Shown: positions 1-14,110, numbered from the stretch's first letter. The stretch is 64,000 bases of DNA from Octopus vulgaris (GCA_951406725.2 OX597828.1:62372001-62436000); one strand, 5' to 3'. Numbers and translations are program-made. The notes: generated by a model not told the origin, from the sequence alone.

Positions 1-677
1 ATAATAATAATAATAATAATAACAATAACAATAACAATAATAATAATAAGAAGAAGAAGAATAACAATAACAATAACAATAATAATAATAAGAAGAAGAA
101 GAAGAATAACAATAACAATAACAATAATAATAATAATAATAATAATAACAATAACAATAACAATAACAACAACAACAATAACAATAATAATAATAATAAT
201 AACAACAACAACAACAATAATAATAATAAGAAGAAGAACAATAACAATAACAATAACAATAACAACAACAACAATAACAATAATAATAATAACAACAACA
301 ACAACAACAATAAGAAGAAGAAGAAGAAGAAGAAGAATAACAATAACAATAACAACAACAACAATAACAATAATAATAATAATAATAATAATCATAATAA
401 TAATAATAATAATAAGAAGAAGAAGAAGAAGAAGAAGAACAATAACAATAACAATAATAATAATACTAATAATAATAACAATAACAATAATAATAAGAAG
501 AAGAAGATGAAGAAGAAGAAGAAGAACAATAACAATAACAACAACAATAATAATAATAATAATAAGAAGAAGAAGAATAACAATAACAATAATAATAATA
601 ACAATAACAATAACAATAATATTAATAATAATAATAATAATAGTAATAATAATAATAATAATAACAATAACAATAAC

Positions 678-724
<47 letters not shown>

Positions 725-854
725 TAACAATAACAATAATAATAATAATAAGAAGAAGAAGAACAATAACAATAACAATAACAATAACAACAACAATAAC
801 AATAATAATAATAATAATAATAATCATAATAATAATAATAACAATAACAATAAC

Positions 855-886
<32 letters not shown>

Positions 887-1270
887 TAACAATAACAATA
901 ATAATAATAATAAGAAGAAGAAGAATAACAATAACAATAACAACAACAATAATAATAATAATAAGAAGAAGAAGAAGAACAATAACAATAATAATAATAA
1001 CAATAACAATAACAATAACAATAATAATAATAATAATAATAACAATAACAATAAGAAGAAGAAGAAGAAGAAGAAGAATAACAATAACAATAACAACAAT
1101 AATAATAATAATAATAATAAGAAGAAGAAGAAGAAGAAGAAGAATAACAATAACAATAATAATAATAACAATAACAATAACAATAATAATAATAATAATA
1201 ATAGTAATAATAATAATAATAACAATAACAATAATAATAATAATAATAATAATAACAATAGCAATAACAA

Positions 1271-1303
<33 letters not shown>

Positions 1304-1667
1304 GAAGAACAATAACAATAACAATAACAACAACAATAACAATAACAATAAGAAGAAGAAGAAGAAGAAGAAGAAGAATAACAATAACAATAACAATAAC
1401 AATAACAATAATAATAATAATAATAACAATAACAATAACAATAACAATAATAACAATAACAATAACAATAATAATAATAATAATAATAAGAAGAAGAAGA
1501 AGAAGAATAACAATAACAATAATAATAATAATAAGAAGAAGAAGAAGAAGAATAACAATAACAATATCAATAACAATAATAATAATAATAATAACAACAA
1601 CAACAACAATAAGAAGAAGAAGAAGAAGAAGAATAACAATAACAATAACAATAACAACAACAATAAC

Positions 1668-1709
<42 letters not shown>

Positions 1710-1766
1710 CATAATAATAATAATAAGAAGAAGAAGAAGAACAATAACAATAACAACAACAATAAC

Positions 1767-1817
<51 letters not shown>

Positions 1818-2357
1818 CATAATAATAATAAGAAGAAGAAGAAGAAGAAGAAGAATAACAATAACAATAACAATAATAATAATAATAATAACAATAACAA
1901 TAACAATAACAGTAACAGTAACAATAACAATAAGAATAACAATAATAACAATAATAATAATAAGAAGAAGAAGAAGAAGAATAACAATAACAATAACAAT
2001 AATAATAATAATAATAATAACAATAACAATAATAATAATAATAACAGTAACAGTAACAATAACAATAACAATAATAATAATAACAATAACAATAACAATA
2101 ACAATAATAATAATGATAATAATAAGAAGAAGAAGAATAACAATAACAATAACAATAACAATATCAATAACAATAATAATAATAATAATAACAACAACAA
2201 CAACAACAATAAGAAGAACAACAACAACAATAACAATAACAATAACAATAACAATAACAATAATAATAATAATAATAATAATCATAATCATAATAATAAT
2301 AAGAAGAAGAATAACAATAACAATAACAATATCAATAACAACAACAATAACAATAAC

Positions 2358-2416
<59 letters not shown>
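1..2416. repeat. Compound (AAT)n/(AAC)n/(AAG)n microsatellite, over 2.4 kb, open at the window edge
   Basis: Almost pure AAT, AATAAC and AAG blocks; source of the poly-N/K and poly-L/F ORFs. Confidence 0.98.
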
Positions 2417-2420
<4 letters not shown>

Positions 2421-2926
2421 TGATTGGAAGTGTTATCATGTACATTGTTTTGTCTTGGTATAAAAGATGGGCTACAGCAAATATTCTGCTCAATACCACA
2501 GATTTGCTTGTCAGTTGTTTGACCTTAACCAGTTGAGCATGTCCCTTAGTGGCTGACGATATGTGCATCTCTGATCACGAGCAGAAGTAGTGGGGGAGCA
2601 TCATAGCCATGTGTTGAGAGGGATTCTTTGGGGTTTGAATAGTTCACCTCTGGAAACATGGGTGGTTCTTTCAACATCCTTAAGCAACCCTTATTCAGGG
2701 ACCGTTTGAGCGGGATGGGCTACTCAACCTGAAGAAAATTCTAACTGGGCCCCACCTGCAAGGTCATGTGCTGTTTATCTTGATATGAGATCACCATGTC
2801 GCGCACATATGGTTGTGATGCATGTGCCTGGTGTACCTTTATCAGACGGGTAGTCATGATGGGTATATTGGGCTTCGTATATTTTACCCCAGTGTCACTT
2901 TGATGGCATGAACTGCTCTCTCACTC
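2417..2926 (+). mobile_element. (AAT)n-flanked ~510-bp non-coding retroposon, copy 1 (probable R4/Dong-type 3' region or non-autonomous derivative)
   Basis: Near-identical to 63198-63711 (minus) and to partial copies at 3092-3304 and 60041-60287; all end in ctctcactc(aat)n and have variable left ends. Confidence 0.8.
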
Positions 2927-2995
2927 AATAATAATAATAATAATAATAACAACAACAACAACAACAACAACAACAGCAACAATAATAGCAACAAC

Positions 2996-3053
<58 letters not shown>

Positions 3054-3304
3054 GCCCTGATTCAGTACCAGGCAGTGCTCTCATGACTTCTGATGGGCTA
3101 CTCGACCTGAAGAAAATTCTAACTGGGCCTCACCTGCAAGGTCATGTGCTGTTTATCTTGATATGAGATCACCATGTCGCGCACATATGGTTGTGATGCA
3201 TGTGCCTGGTGTACCCTTATCAGACGGGTAGTCATGATGGATATACTGGGCTTTGTATATTTTACCCCAGTGTCACTTTGATGGCATGCACTGCTCTCTC
3301 ACTC
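3054..3304 (+). mobile_element. (AAT)n-flanked retroposon, copy 2, apparently internally deleted
   Basis: 40-bp head gccctgattcagtaccaggcag...ttctgat joined at gat to gatgggctactcgacctgaag...ctcactc; (AAT)n on both sides. Confidence 0.75.
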
Positions 3305-3375
<71 letters not shown>

Positions 3376-3387
3376 TAATAATAATAA

Positions 3388-3418
<31 letters not shown>

Positions 3419-3421
3419 CAT

Positions 3422-3823
3422 TATCCTTATTTCTATTATAGGCACAAGACCTGAAATTTGGGGGACGTGGATAGTCGATTATATCGACCCCAGCCTTTCA
3501 CTGATACTTAATTTATCGACCTCCGAAAGGATGAAAGGCAAATTCAACCTCGACGGAATTTGAACTCAAAACATAGCGACAGGGGAAATACCTATTTCTT
3601 TACTACCCACAAGGGGCTAGATTCAGAGGGGACAAACCAGGACAGATAAACCGACTAAGTCGATTATATCGACCCGAGTGCGTAACTGGTACTTATTTAA
3701 TCGACCCATAAGGGATGAAAGGCAAAGTCGACCTCGGCGGAATTTGAACTCAGAACGCAGCGGCAGACGAAATACCACTAAGCAGTTCGCCCGGCATGCT
3801 AATGTTTCTACCAGCTCGCCGCC
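3422..3823 (-). mobile_element. Two stacked tRNA-derived Nin-domain SINEs
   Basis: Reverse complement gives the B-box gagttcaaattcc and the Nin-like core gcctttcatcc...ggtcgat...aagtaccag twice. Confidence 0.8.
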
Positions 3824-3836
3824 TTCTTTTAATAAT

Positions 3837-3894
<58 letters not shown>

Positions 3895-3896
<2 letters not shown>

Positions 3897-4135
3897 TAGC
3901 TGGACCCGTGAAAATTTCACGGAAAACATAAAAAATGTAAGCATCTGTAAACAATGTACTGGTGCCATGAGAAATGGTTGCATAATATGACCGTCTGTCT
4001 TTACTTTCTGAGTTCAAATTCTGCTGAGGTCGACATTACCTTTCGTCCTTTTGGGGTCGATAAATTAAGTACCAGTTGTGTACTGGGGTCAATCTAATCA
4101 ACTGCCCCCCTCACCCCACAAAATTTTCAGGCCTA
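3895..4135 (+). mobile_element. Nin-domain SINE
   Basis: gagttcaaattctgctgaggtcgac...cctttcgtccttttggggtcgataaattaagtaccagttg. Confidence 0.8.
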
Positions 4136-4146
4136 GAAAAGTATAT

Positions 4147-5656
4147 TGTGAATTTCTTTATTCACCATAAGGTTGAGAAAAAGAGGGGACCATACGAGGA
4201 CAGACAAAACAAATATTGGGGTCAGGGTATCGAATGAGACGAAACGTATGAATAAACAAACAATTAAAATATATACAATTAAATGAGAATGAGTGATTAA
4301 CAAAAAATGAAGCGGAGGACGTGGTTGACCCCACAAACCACAGACTCACACTGAAGACTTTGCTTTCTCCTTTTCTACATTCTCGATTAAACAGGTTCTT
4401 TCACTCGCAACATACTTGCTATAGACTTCCATCTTTTACGAAACACGCTTTGCGACAGGCATTTCTTCTCCAGCCTTATTTTCCGTTTCATGTGGAAAAC
4501 GAAAAAGTCGATTAGCTCGAGACTGGAGATTAACATGCCTGTTGCAATTCCTTTCACTCTCGTCTTCCATACTACCTCTTTCGCCACAGCAACTACCGAG
4601 AGAAAACAGGCTCGCTCCTCCCTATTCAGGGAGGTCGGCGGAACGATCTTAATTACAGATTCACTCGACAGTTGTACTCTTCTCGAATGCGACAGCAGGT
4701 GTTCGACATAAGCCCAGAGTTCAGTCACCTTGGGGCATTGCACAATCGCGTGCAGGACAGTTTCACTGTCCTGCTCACATCTTGCACAAACCGGCGAAGG
4801 TGCACACCCATGTCTAAAGATCTTATCTCGAACCGGTAAAGCTCCTCTGTAACACTGCCAGGCCAGGGACTTTTGGTAATTATCCATAGGCCCCGGCCCG
4901 AATGTTCTTTGGAACAGGCTGGCCAGTTGATCTTCGTCGAAGCCTAGGGTTTCTCCCAAGACGCCGTCACACTTAAACTCTGCCTGATAGCACTCTGCAT
5001 GCCACACGCCCAACTTCGGTCTACACTTGATCCATGGGTTCAGTTCGTTAAACGATGTGAACTGTGGAAATAACAGCTTGACGAACGGAGACCACACTTG
5101 CTCACCTTCCATGTAAAGCCAGAGGTGCCTAAGCCTGAGCGCATGTCTGCGCATTTTTAGCCACGGTATCCCTAACCCACCCTTCAGCGGCTTTTGGCAG
5201 CAGATAGAGCGCCTTACAAGAGGTCTGCTGTCCCTCCACAAAAAGCGAAAAAGCATGCGTTCCAGCTTGTTCAACCACGAATCGGGGCAAGGCACGACGG
5301 CCAGGCGGTAAGTGATTACAGAGGTGATAAACACCTCTGCAACCTCCGCCCTCCCTTTCAAGAACAGCTTCCGTTCAGACCAGGTCTAAGTTAGGAGAGC
5401 TACCTTTCTCGCCACCTCACGCCAATTCTTCTCTATCTGGAGATCTGAACCTAACCAGATTCCAAGCATTTTCACCGGCCCTTCCGTCCAACGTCCTACG
5501 ACGCTGTCGAAAGGCATCGACTTGTCCCTCTAGGTGCCGAGTTGCAAGCCGACCGATTTATCCCGGTTGACTTTCGCTCCTGCCACCGCTTCGTAGTCCC
5601 TTAAGGCTTCACCCACCCATTGTAGGTGCTCGACCCGGGATACGATGACGGTGATA
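4147..5656 (-). mobile_element. 5'-truncated Tx1-type (L1 clade) LINE: RT end, zf-RVT region and 3' UTR
   Basis: ORF 4387-5361 (FRFLW, KGGLG, CARC...ETVLHAIVQC) continues in frame upstream through two TAG stops: ITVIV...YEAVAGAKVNRDKS...VKMLGIWL, i.e. RT just after YADD; AATAAA near the 3' end. Confidence 0.9.
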
Positions 5657-5713
5657 AGAGAAAGAGGTAAACAGACAGACAGTAAGTGTCAAATAGCCCA
5701 CAACGAAGTGTTC

Positions 5714-5755
<42 letters not shown>

Positions 5756-5861
5756 CCTCTTCTCTCTCGCTTTGCTAAGGTACGTACAAAAACAAAAAGT
5801 TAGCGTATTAATATTATTGATGACGACGACAACAACATCAACAACAACAACAATAACAATG

Positions 5862-6140
5862 AAAAAAGGCATCGGAGGGGCGATGTATTCCCTGCGCATA
5901 GATAAATTTTTTTCGCAAACTCTAGTGTGGCTTACAATGCGTTGCTTAGCCATACTTTTTCATTGAACTGAATTAAGCTTTGTGTTTGACTAAACTTGCT
6001 CATCGGGAAATTTGTAAGTTCGATTTAGAAAAAAAAAAACAACTTTTGTTGTTTTTTTTTAAGTATCATCATTTATCAGTATTTATACTCAGGCGAAATT
6101 AAGTCAACTCATATATAAACAAAACCCTCCAATCCATCAG

Positions 6141-6205
<65 letters not shown>

Positions 6206-6898
6206 GCGCGCGCGCGCACAGAGTTGCATATGCATGTATGTATTTATGTATGTATGTATGTGTGTATGTATGTATGCATGCATGTATGTATGCATGCATG
6301 TATGTATGTATGTGTGTGTGTTTTGTGTGTGTACGCACATGTGTCTACGCGCATAGGTACACCATGATCTATACACACGTAAACGAGGGTCGATTCATAT
6401 GAAAAAGAAAGTGAACAAAATGAAATACTTATAGAAAATATTGCATAAAATTTGAGAAGTGTTTTGAACGTCTTTCAGTAATGGCAGGTGAATCAAACGT
6501 TCTGTAGTTTGCTGCAGGATATAAATAATATGACCGCTTGCTTATCGGGAAATTTGTAAGTTCGATTTAAATTTTTTTTTATTTATTATCATTTAAAAAA
6601 AATTTTTTTTTTTTTTTGTAAATATCACCATTATAGGTATTTATACTCCGGTGAAATTAAGAAACCAATTCGTAAATAAACGAGCCCTTGAATCCATCAC
6701 TACACACTCACACACGCGCGCACACACAGTCACATATCTACCTATGTATTTATGTATGTTTCGAGTCACTCGCCCAACGAGTATTTCTGCCAAATTTGGT
6801 GAAAATCCGTTCAGCCATTTCCCAGTAATTTTGCAAACACAGACAGACAACGACGAGTGATTACACTACCCTGCTTTCGCTTACGTGCGCAGGATAAT
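5862..6898 (+). mobile_element. Non-autonomous Helentron-type element (HINE/DINE-1-like) with an internal direct repeat
   Basis: 5' hairpin catcg..cgatg; 3' gccaaatttggtgaaaatccgttcagccatttcc, (acag)n and stem-loop cctgc...gcagg; internal repeat 5995-6140 vs 6537-6700. Confidence 0.6.
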
Positions 6899-7377
6899 AA
6901 TATCTGTGAAACTTTGTTTGAATTGTTTTCAGTTAGGAGATCTAATGCATGTTTTTTCTCCATATATATCTTTGTAACTCTTCTCCTGTAATGAAACACG
7001 TGTAACATGGAATTAAAAAATACACCAAGTTTTCCAGTCTTTTGTTTCGATGGATAAAACAATTATATACTATTTGTTCTCTGCGTGCGTTTCACCCTTG
7101 CGGTTGTTTGGAATTCTGCATCGGATGTTCCAAATGCAATTGGATGTTGAACCACATCAGATCATTAGGGAACACTGTGTGCGTGTATGTGTAAGTGCGT
7201 TTCTGTATGTGTACGTGTGTGTGTGTGTGTGTGTGTGTGCGCGTGTGTGTGTGTACGTGTGTGTGTACGTGTGTGTGTACGTGTGTGTGTGTGTTTGTGT
7301 TTGTTTGTGTGTGTGTTTGTGTTGTTTAATGTATAAAAACAACAGACATTATGGTATTAAATGGACAAAGGACTAGA

Positions 7378-8400
7378 TACAGGGTGTTAAGTAAAATATT
7401 TGTTTAAAAAAATGGTTGACCTTCGAATTTTATACTAGATCTTACACAATGGACGCTGATAAAACAGATCATATGGACATGACTTTACAGACGCCACCAT
7501 CTTTACAGGCGCCATCTAACCTGAGGCGGATTCTGACAGCTGGGAGCAACGGTGGTGACCGAAATAAAGCAACACAGTCGACCTGAAACTGTGTCTGTTT
7601 TACAAAATATTCCTCTTGCTGCTTGTTATTGCATGGTGCTGAAATCTGAGACGCAAATAAGAAGCAACTTGGTGATGGTGATAAATTAGTTTGTTAACAG
7701 CTGCAGTAAACGTTGTCATAAACAAAAGGCTGGCCACCAGACAAAGTGTGCAGTACATCTGGTAGTATATCAACCGTGACCACACGATCCAGTTAACAGG
7801 CAACAATTCTGGCGCTCACTGTGTCGCCAGAAACAATGCGACTACGATTCCACGACGCCATTATTTTGTACACATCACGTGACAGGACTGTGTTTGTTGT
7901 GTCAAAATACGGCCATATTGCTTTTGTTACGTAAGGTACGAATTGATGATTTTACAGATGAATGATGGATCATCTGATGGGTGTATGCGTGCAGGGATGG
8001 TCAATGTAGTTGGTACTACTTTGAATAGGTCAGACTAAAGTAAACGGACCTCTGTCGCTCTCGGCGATCACGTGGTTACGTGATGTATACACTTACCTGC
8101 GCACCCACAAAACATGGACAAATACAGGTATATCAAACAGCATACTTGATGCATCAAAATAATCGCCGCCTCTCAAGTGTCGTAATTGCAAAATGGCAGT
8201 TAAAACTAGCTCCACTTGAAGAATCAAGAATTTTATCCAGAGTTGACATGCCATCAAGGAAAAGGACGGGCTTATTGTATAGAGCTGAGAGGACAGTCAT
8301 GGACACCTGTTTCTACCGGAATAGGTGTCATCAGCATGACATTGTCACACTTTATATGTCTTGGACAAATATTTAAGAAAAAAAAACGTATAGAACACAC
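7378..8400 (+). mobile_element. Heavily decayed Tc1-like transposon
   Basis: Starts TA-CAGGGTG; relic motifs in Tc1 order across frameshifts: SPETMRLRFHD, FTDE (7951), SSDGCMR, HQNNRR (cf. QQDNARPH), YPELT (cf. SPDL); right TIR not found. Confidence 0.5.
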
Positions 8401-8808
8401 ATACATGTATAGGCGAATTCTTGAGATTATTATTTCGTCTTTCCAGACGGAAGCTGTTTTCTGTTGCTATTTGTTAATTTTAATGCGTCTTCTAGAGTCG
8501 ACCATGATTTTAATATATCCATAATTTATGTTGTATGTTAATTGATAGACCTGTATTTGTATATTACGTTCAAATACATACCACTGGCCAATCTGCCATT
8601 ATATAAAATATTAAGATTACAGTTTAAATTTGAATTTAAAATTTACGTGTTTGGGTATGTCCCTAGTAGTATGCCGACAAAGCATGTTCACTGTCTATGG
8701 CTACCTGGTGTCATCCACGATATTTGCACAATCGTAGCTGGATCTACCTTAGAAATTCCTCAGTGCACGTTGAGTATAAAACAAACAATGGATATGTATC
8801 CATTGTTT

Positions 8809-8894
<86 letters not shown>

Positions 8895-8949
8895 TACACA
8901 CACTCACACGTACATATACACACGCATCTAAGTATGTATTTACATATGG

Positions 8950-11088
8950 CAAGATTATGAAAGAAACGACAAAATAAAAAAAGAAAGAGAGAGGCGAGTG
9001 GGGAAAGAGAAAATAAGGAAAGAAAAAGAAATGATCGAAAGTGTAAATCAAGGAAAATTATTGACGAAATAGCGAACGAAAGTGAAAAAAAACAAATAAA
9101 GAGTGAAAGAAAAAATAGTGAAAATACTTATGAGGGGAAGGAAAACTAAAAGAAAAGAAAATGAGAGATTGAATGGAGAAAGTGGAGGCAAAAGTATTAA
9201 GCGAAAAACAACGGTAAAATAGAATTGAAAGTGAGTGGAGAGAGAGAGAGGGTGGAAGATGAAGAGAGAGGAAGATAGAAACGGGATGGCAGAGAGGAGA
9301 AAAAGGAAGAGAAAGAGAAAGAGCGAAGAAAAAAGGATGGGGGGGGGAGAAACAGAGAGAGGAATCAACAGTTGACAGACGTAGAAAGGGTTATAAGAGA
9401 AAGACAAAGACAATAATGCAAGTGAGGTAGGAGAAAAGGACGTCGAAGATAAGAAAGAGAAGAGAGATAGAGAAAGGGAGAGAGAAAGAGAAGAATTCGA
9501 AAGGAAGACGTGCGTGAGCACACACACACACACATACACACACATACGGATGAGGAGGGAGGCAAGTAAAACAGCAACAAGGCATCAAGTGACGTAGGAG
9601 TGAGTGTTAGGAGGAGGTAAAACATTAAAAGATTGTTTCTTTACGATATTTGAGACGTTAGTATCACAGTGCGAGGGGAGTAGTAATAGTAGTAAGAGTT
9701 GAAAGAGGGAGGGGGAAAGAAGGGGAGAAACTTTGCCGTCGCTGGTTACAGTTTTTCTTCCTCATATTTCCTTCTCTTCCTATCACTCTCTCTCTCTTTC
9801 TCTTTCCTCCTACCACTCTGATAAAGTTACTGTTGTTCACAGAAACTTTATTTCGCCTCCTCCTCCTTCCTCATTCTCTACTCCTCTTCTTTTCAGTTCT
9901 TACTCCCACTTCCTCTCTGAAACAATTCGGCCACTGTTATAAACTGTTTTACTTCCTTCTTCCTGTTTCCTCTTTTTTTTATCTCCTTTCACCATTACCA
10001 CCGCCGTCATCACCATCAACACCACTGCCACCATCACCATCAATACCACCGTGACCACCACCACTATCATCGCTACAACCAGCACCACCAGTAACATAAC
10101 CTCCCCTTCTTTCTTTCTTTTTCCTTCCTCCTCTAAACCACTTCTTCATTCATTCTGCCTTCTCTTCCTTCTCCTTCCTCCCCTTTTAACTCTAGCGCCC
10201 CTCTCTCTCTCTCCTCCTACCACCGTCTTCCACATTGATGGTGCTGGCGTTCAATTTGAACCCCAACCTCCGTTCTCTACCCCTCCTCTGCATCATCATC
10301 ATCATCATCATCCTCTTTACTATACTCGTCTCCCACTCTTCACTTTCCTCCTACTTATCACTCCTCCTATTCGGCCTCCTCCCTTTCTTTCCTCTTCCTA
10401 CGACTACGTCCTTCACCCCCTTCCTCTTCCGTCTTCAACCCATTTCTACCTTTACGGAGAGTCGCGCGACTTGGCTAAATATAGCAGCCAAAACTCACTC
10501 AAAATCACATCTTACAACCTTAAACCCATGCAGGGCTTCATAAAAAGACAGAGGAGCAGAATGGTCGCCACTGAGACACCTTCCAACAAAGCCCTGCTGC
10601 TCTAGCATGCCTAACAGTCCAAGAATTAAACAACATTTTCTTCCTTATTTCTCTTTCTTATTGAAGTTCTCCTTCTACTCCTCAAACTCCGACCACCTTT
10701 CTCAAGCGAACACCATCTCTCCCACTCTCTCTCACACACTTTCACTGTTTATCTATCTATTTAACCACTAATTCACGGGGACGTAACAAACCAACACCGG
10801 TTGTCAACTGCCATGTATGTGTGCATGTATGTATGAATGAATGAATGGTTGGATGTATAAATGTAAAGCATAAAGTCAGGAGGTATGCGAGTTGAATATA
10901 TATCTAACCACGTGATTCCTGTAAGGTTACAGCCGTTTCGCGAACTTCTCTATGAAGTTCAGTATGGCAGAAATAATGCATACGTCTTTGACATGTTCGC
11001 TTTAGTACGCACGCTCAGCATTATACAATATAACATACAAGCTAGCTCATCAGATGACCCCGAGCAACAGTGTTACATCAACTATTCA

Positions 11089-11152
<64 letters not shown>

Positions 11153-11343
11153 GAATTGGAAGAAATCTCCATTTTCTTCTTTTTTCCTTTGCATGAATAT
11201 AAACTATAGTTTATATACAAACCTATCGTTTTAAGGAAATCAATTTCCCCCAAAATATTAGGTATTAAAACAGTATTTCCTTGGATGAAACCATCACATC
11301 ATGAGGCTATCATGATCTCCATCTGACTTATATATACATACAT

Positions 11344-11416
<73 letters not shown>

Positions 11417-11544
11417 CAGATTGATAGATACACACACTTTCTAACCACCAAATCGACTCAGTCCGGAGCTAAAGCAGAAAATACTTGCCTAAAGATCTGT
11501 ACCTGAAATCGTGTGGTTGCAAAGCGAACTTCTTAACATACCCA

Positions 11545-11615
<71 letters not shown>

Positions 11616-13601
11616 GCCACAGCACCAGCCTGTGTAGGTGTATTTTCGTCCCCGTAAGCTAGCGATTCGAGAAAAAGAGTCCAATATAGAATAAGTAATA
11701 GGCTTAAAAAGTTAAGTTCTGATGTCCATTTATTCGACAAAAAATTCTTCAAGGCGGTGCCCCAGCAAGGCCGCACTAAGCGAGCAAAAGACAAGAGATG
11801 TATGTGCCAACCTTTTTAAACTCTCTTTCCTTATTTTTCCTCATCATCCTCTTTTATTTCCTATTCCTACTCCTCCCACCTTTCATTTCCTCTCATCTCC
11901 TCCACCTTTTGCACTTACATGAACTTTGCCACCTCTCTTCTTTCCTTTCTACTTTCTCTTTTATTTTTTCCACTGCTGCTCCTCCTCCTCCTACTACTAC
12001 TCATACTCCTACTCCTCCTACTACTCTTACGACGACGAAACAACTGTCAATGGTTTTCATTTTTTATTTAAATAATTCTCTCCCTTCCTCCTCCTCTTCT
12101 TCCGCCTCCTTTATACTCATGAGTTATTTTATTAAACACTCCCTCGTTCTTTCGTCACCCTTTTCCTTATATTTCGTCCTCCTTCTCCTCACTTCATCCT
12201 TCTCTCTCTCCTTCACTCCCACCTATTTTGTTACTCACTTCCTTTTGCCCGTCCCTCTCTCTACTTTTCATTTACTTTCACTCTCCCTCTCCCTATCCTT
12301 TATTCACGTTCGCTCCATTTCTCTCTAATCTTTTCGCTTCCTCTAACTCCAACTCTCTTTTTCTTTCTCTCACTTTCATTCTTATCAGAGAGAGAGACAG
12401 AAAGTAACGAAAGTGCGGTGAAGGAGGAAAGACAGAAAGTGAAATAATTGAAGATTGAGAAGGAGAGAAGAAGTAAGAATGAAAAGAAACTTCGTAAAGA
12501 CAAGTTTGAAAACTTTCGTCTGCTTTCTCTTATCTTCGTTTCTCTTTGATTTTCTCTTCTGCCACTTCATAAATGTCGCTCTTTCTTTCTCTCTATCTAT
12601 TTTTTACTCACTGTCTGTCAATCATTTCTTCTCTGTTCCGTCTTTCTTCACTCATTCATCTCGCCTGCTTTTACTTTTTATCGCCTTTACCTTGTGTCTC
12701 CTGCTCCTCCTTCTCCTCTGATTTACAATTCCAACCCTCCTCCTCCTCCTTCCTACTATCATTGCCTCCTCCTCTCTTCTGTGTCGTCTGCTTCAAACTT
12801 GTTGCTTTCTCCGCATCTACCACCTCCTCCTACTTCTTTCATTTTTCTTTCTCCTATACTCCTCCTCCTTCTCTTATGTCTTCATTTCCTCTTTCACTAC
12901 TTTTTCTTTCTCTCTTATTTTTCTCACCCTTTTCTTCCTCCTCCTCTCACTTTTCTGTCTACCCTCCCCTTCTATGTCGTCTGCTCAAAACATTTCGCCG
13001 TCTTTTCTCTCACTCAATTCCTCTCCGTCTTCGTCTCCTTCCTCGACTGATTCACATCTTCTTTTGTCCTTCTTTTCACTTCTTTCTAAATATATATCTT
13101 CATATCTATTCCTCTCCTCTAACTATCTCTCACTCTTTCTATCTCTCTCTAGCACTTATCTCCTCTCTTTCACTTCTCTCCCCTATTTCAGGCCGCCTGC
13201 TTGTTCCATTCCGCTTGTCTAGTTTTGCCTAGCTTCCACTTCACACTCCCACTTCCTTTTCTACATCTTCCTTTCTCATTCTCTCGCTTTCTCTTTCTGT
13301 CACACACCTTCTCTTTCTATCACCCCATCGCTGTCACACTTCCTCTCTTTTTATCACCCCTCTCTCTCATTCTCTCTTCACTTTATTTTTGTTCTCTTTC
13401 TATCGTAAAACACTTCTCCACATCCTCTTCCTCTTCCTCTTTACATTTCCTTATTTCCCTTCCTCCTCCTTTTTTTTCACTTCTACCAATGTCGTCTGCT
13501 TTTTATGAATATTACTTCCACTTCCTCTTCCTTGCGATTATCTTCCGCATTCTCCCTCTTCGTTTTCTACCTCTCTATCTCTCCCTTAATGCATACATTC
13601 A

Positions 13602-13636
<35 letters not shown>

Positions 13637-14110
13637 TTTCTCCTCACTTCTTCCACCTACTCCACTTATATTTCCTCTTTTACTTTCATTCCTTCTTTCT
13701 CTTCTTTTCCTTTTTTTGCCTTATGTCGTCTGCTTATAATTTTTACTTCCACCGCCATATTAATTTACCCCTTATTATTCTCTTCTCTTATTTTTCTCAT
13801 TCTTTTTTCTTTATCATTCCCCCATATCTCCCTTCTTTCTACCCTTTATCATCTACTCACAAGTTTTCCTTCATTTTCGTTTCCTCTTCTCCATTTTCTT
13901 TATATTTATACACATTACATTTTCTCTTTAGTCTCCCTTCTAATATTTCATCTCCATAACGTTGTCTTTCATTGCCGCCTTCGCTCTACACACCCTCATT
14001 CTCTACTCTCTACCCTGCTTATTTCTTCCTTTCTTTCTCCATCTCTTTTCTCTTATTTCCTTTTTAGTTTCTTTCTCTTCTTTTCCCTTCTCGTTCTTCT
14101 CTTACTCTGA
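8950..14110. repeat. Long polypurine (8950-9720) and polypyrimidine (9750-14110) low-complexity tracts with (GT)n and (GATA)n
   Basis: Strong strand skew; the F/L/S/P-rich ORFs are compositional. Confidence 0.85.
10445..10635 (+). mobile_element. ~200-bp element with HDV-ribozyme-like head and (AAC) tail; CpG-retaining copy
   Basis: cctttacgg...gtcgcgcgacttggctaaatatagcagccaaaactcactc ... ccaagaattaaacaaca, matching the family seen at 27-61 kb. Confidence 0.6.

Noticed and set aside
392-2260. Long poly-L/F and poly-N/K ORFs
   Set aside because: Translations of the triplet microsatellite
3700-3823. tRNA gene candidates at SINE heads
   Set aside because: A/B boxes run into SINE bodies; no cloverleaf
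9048-14110. F/L/S/P-rich ORFs resembling membrane proteins
   Set aside because: Compositional product of polypyrimidine tracts; overlapping in multiple frames
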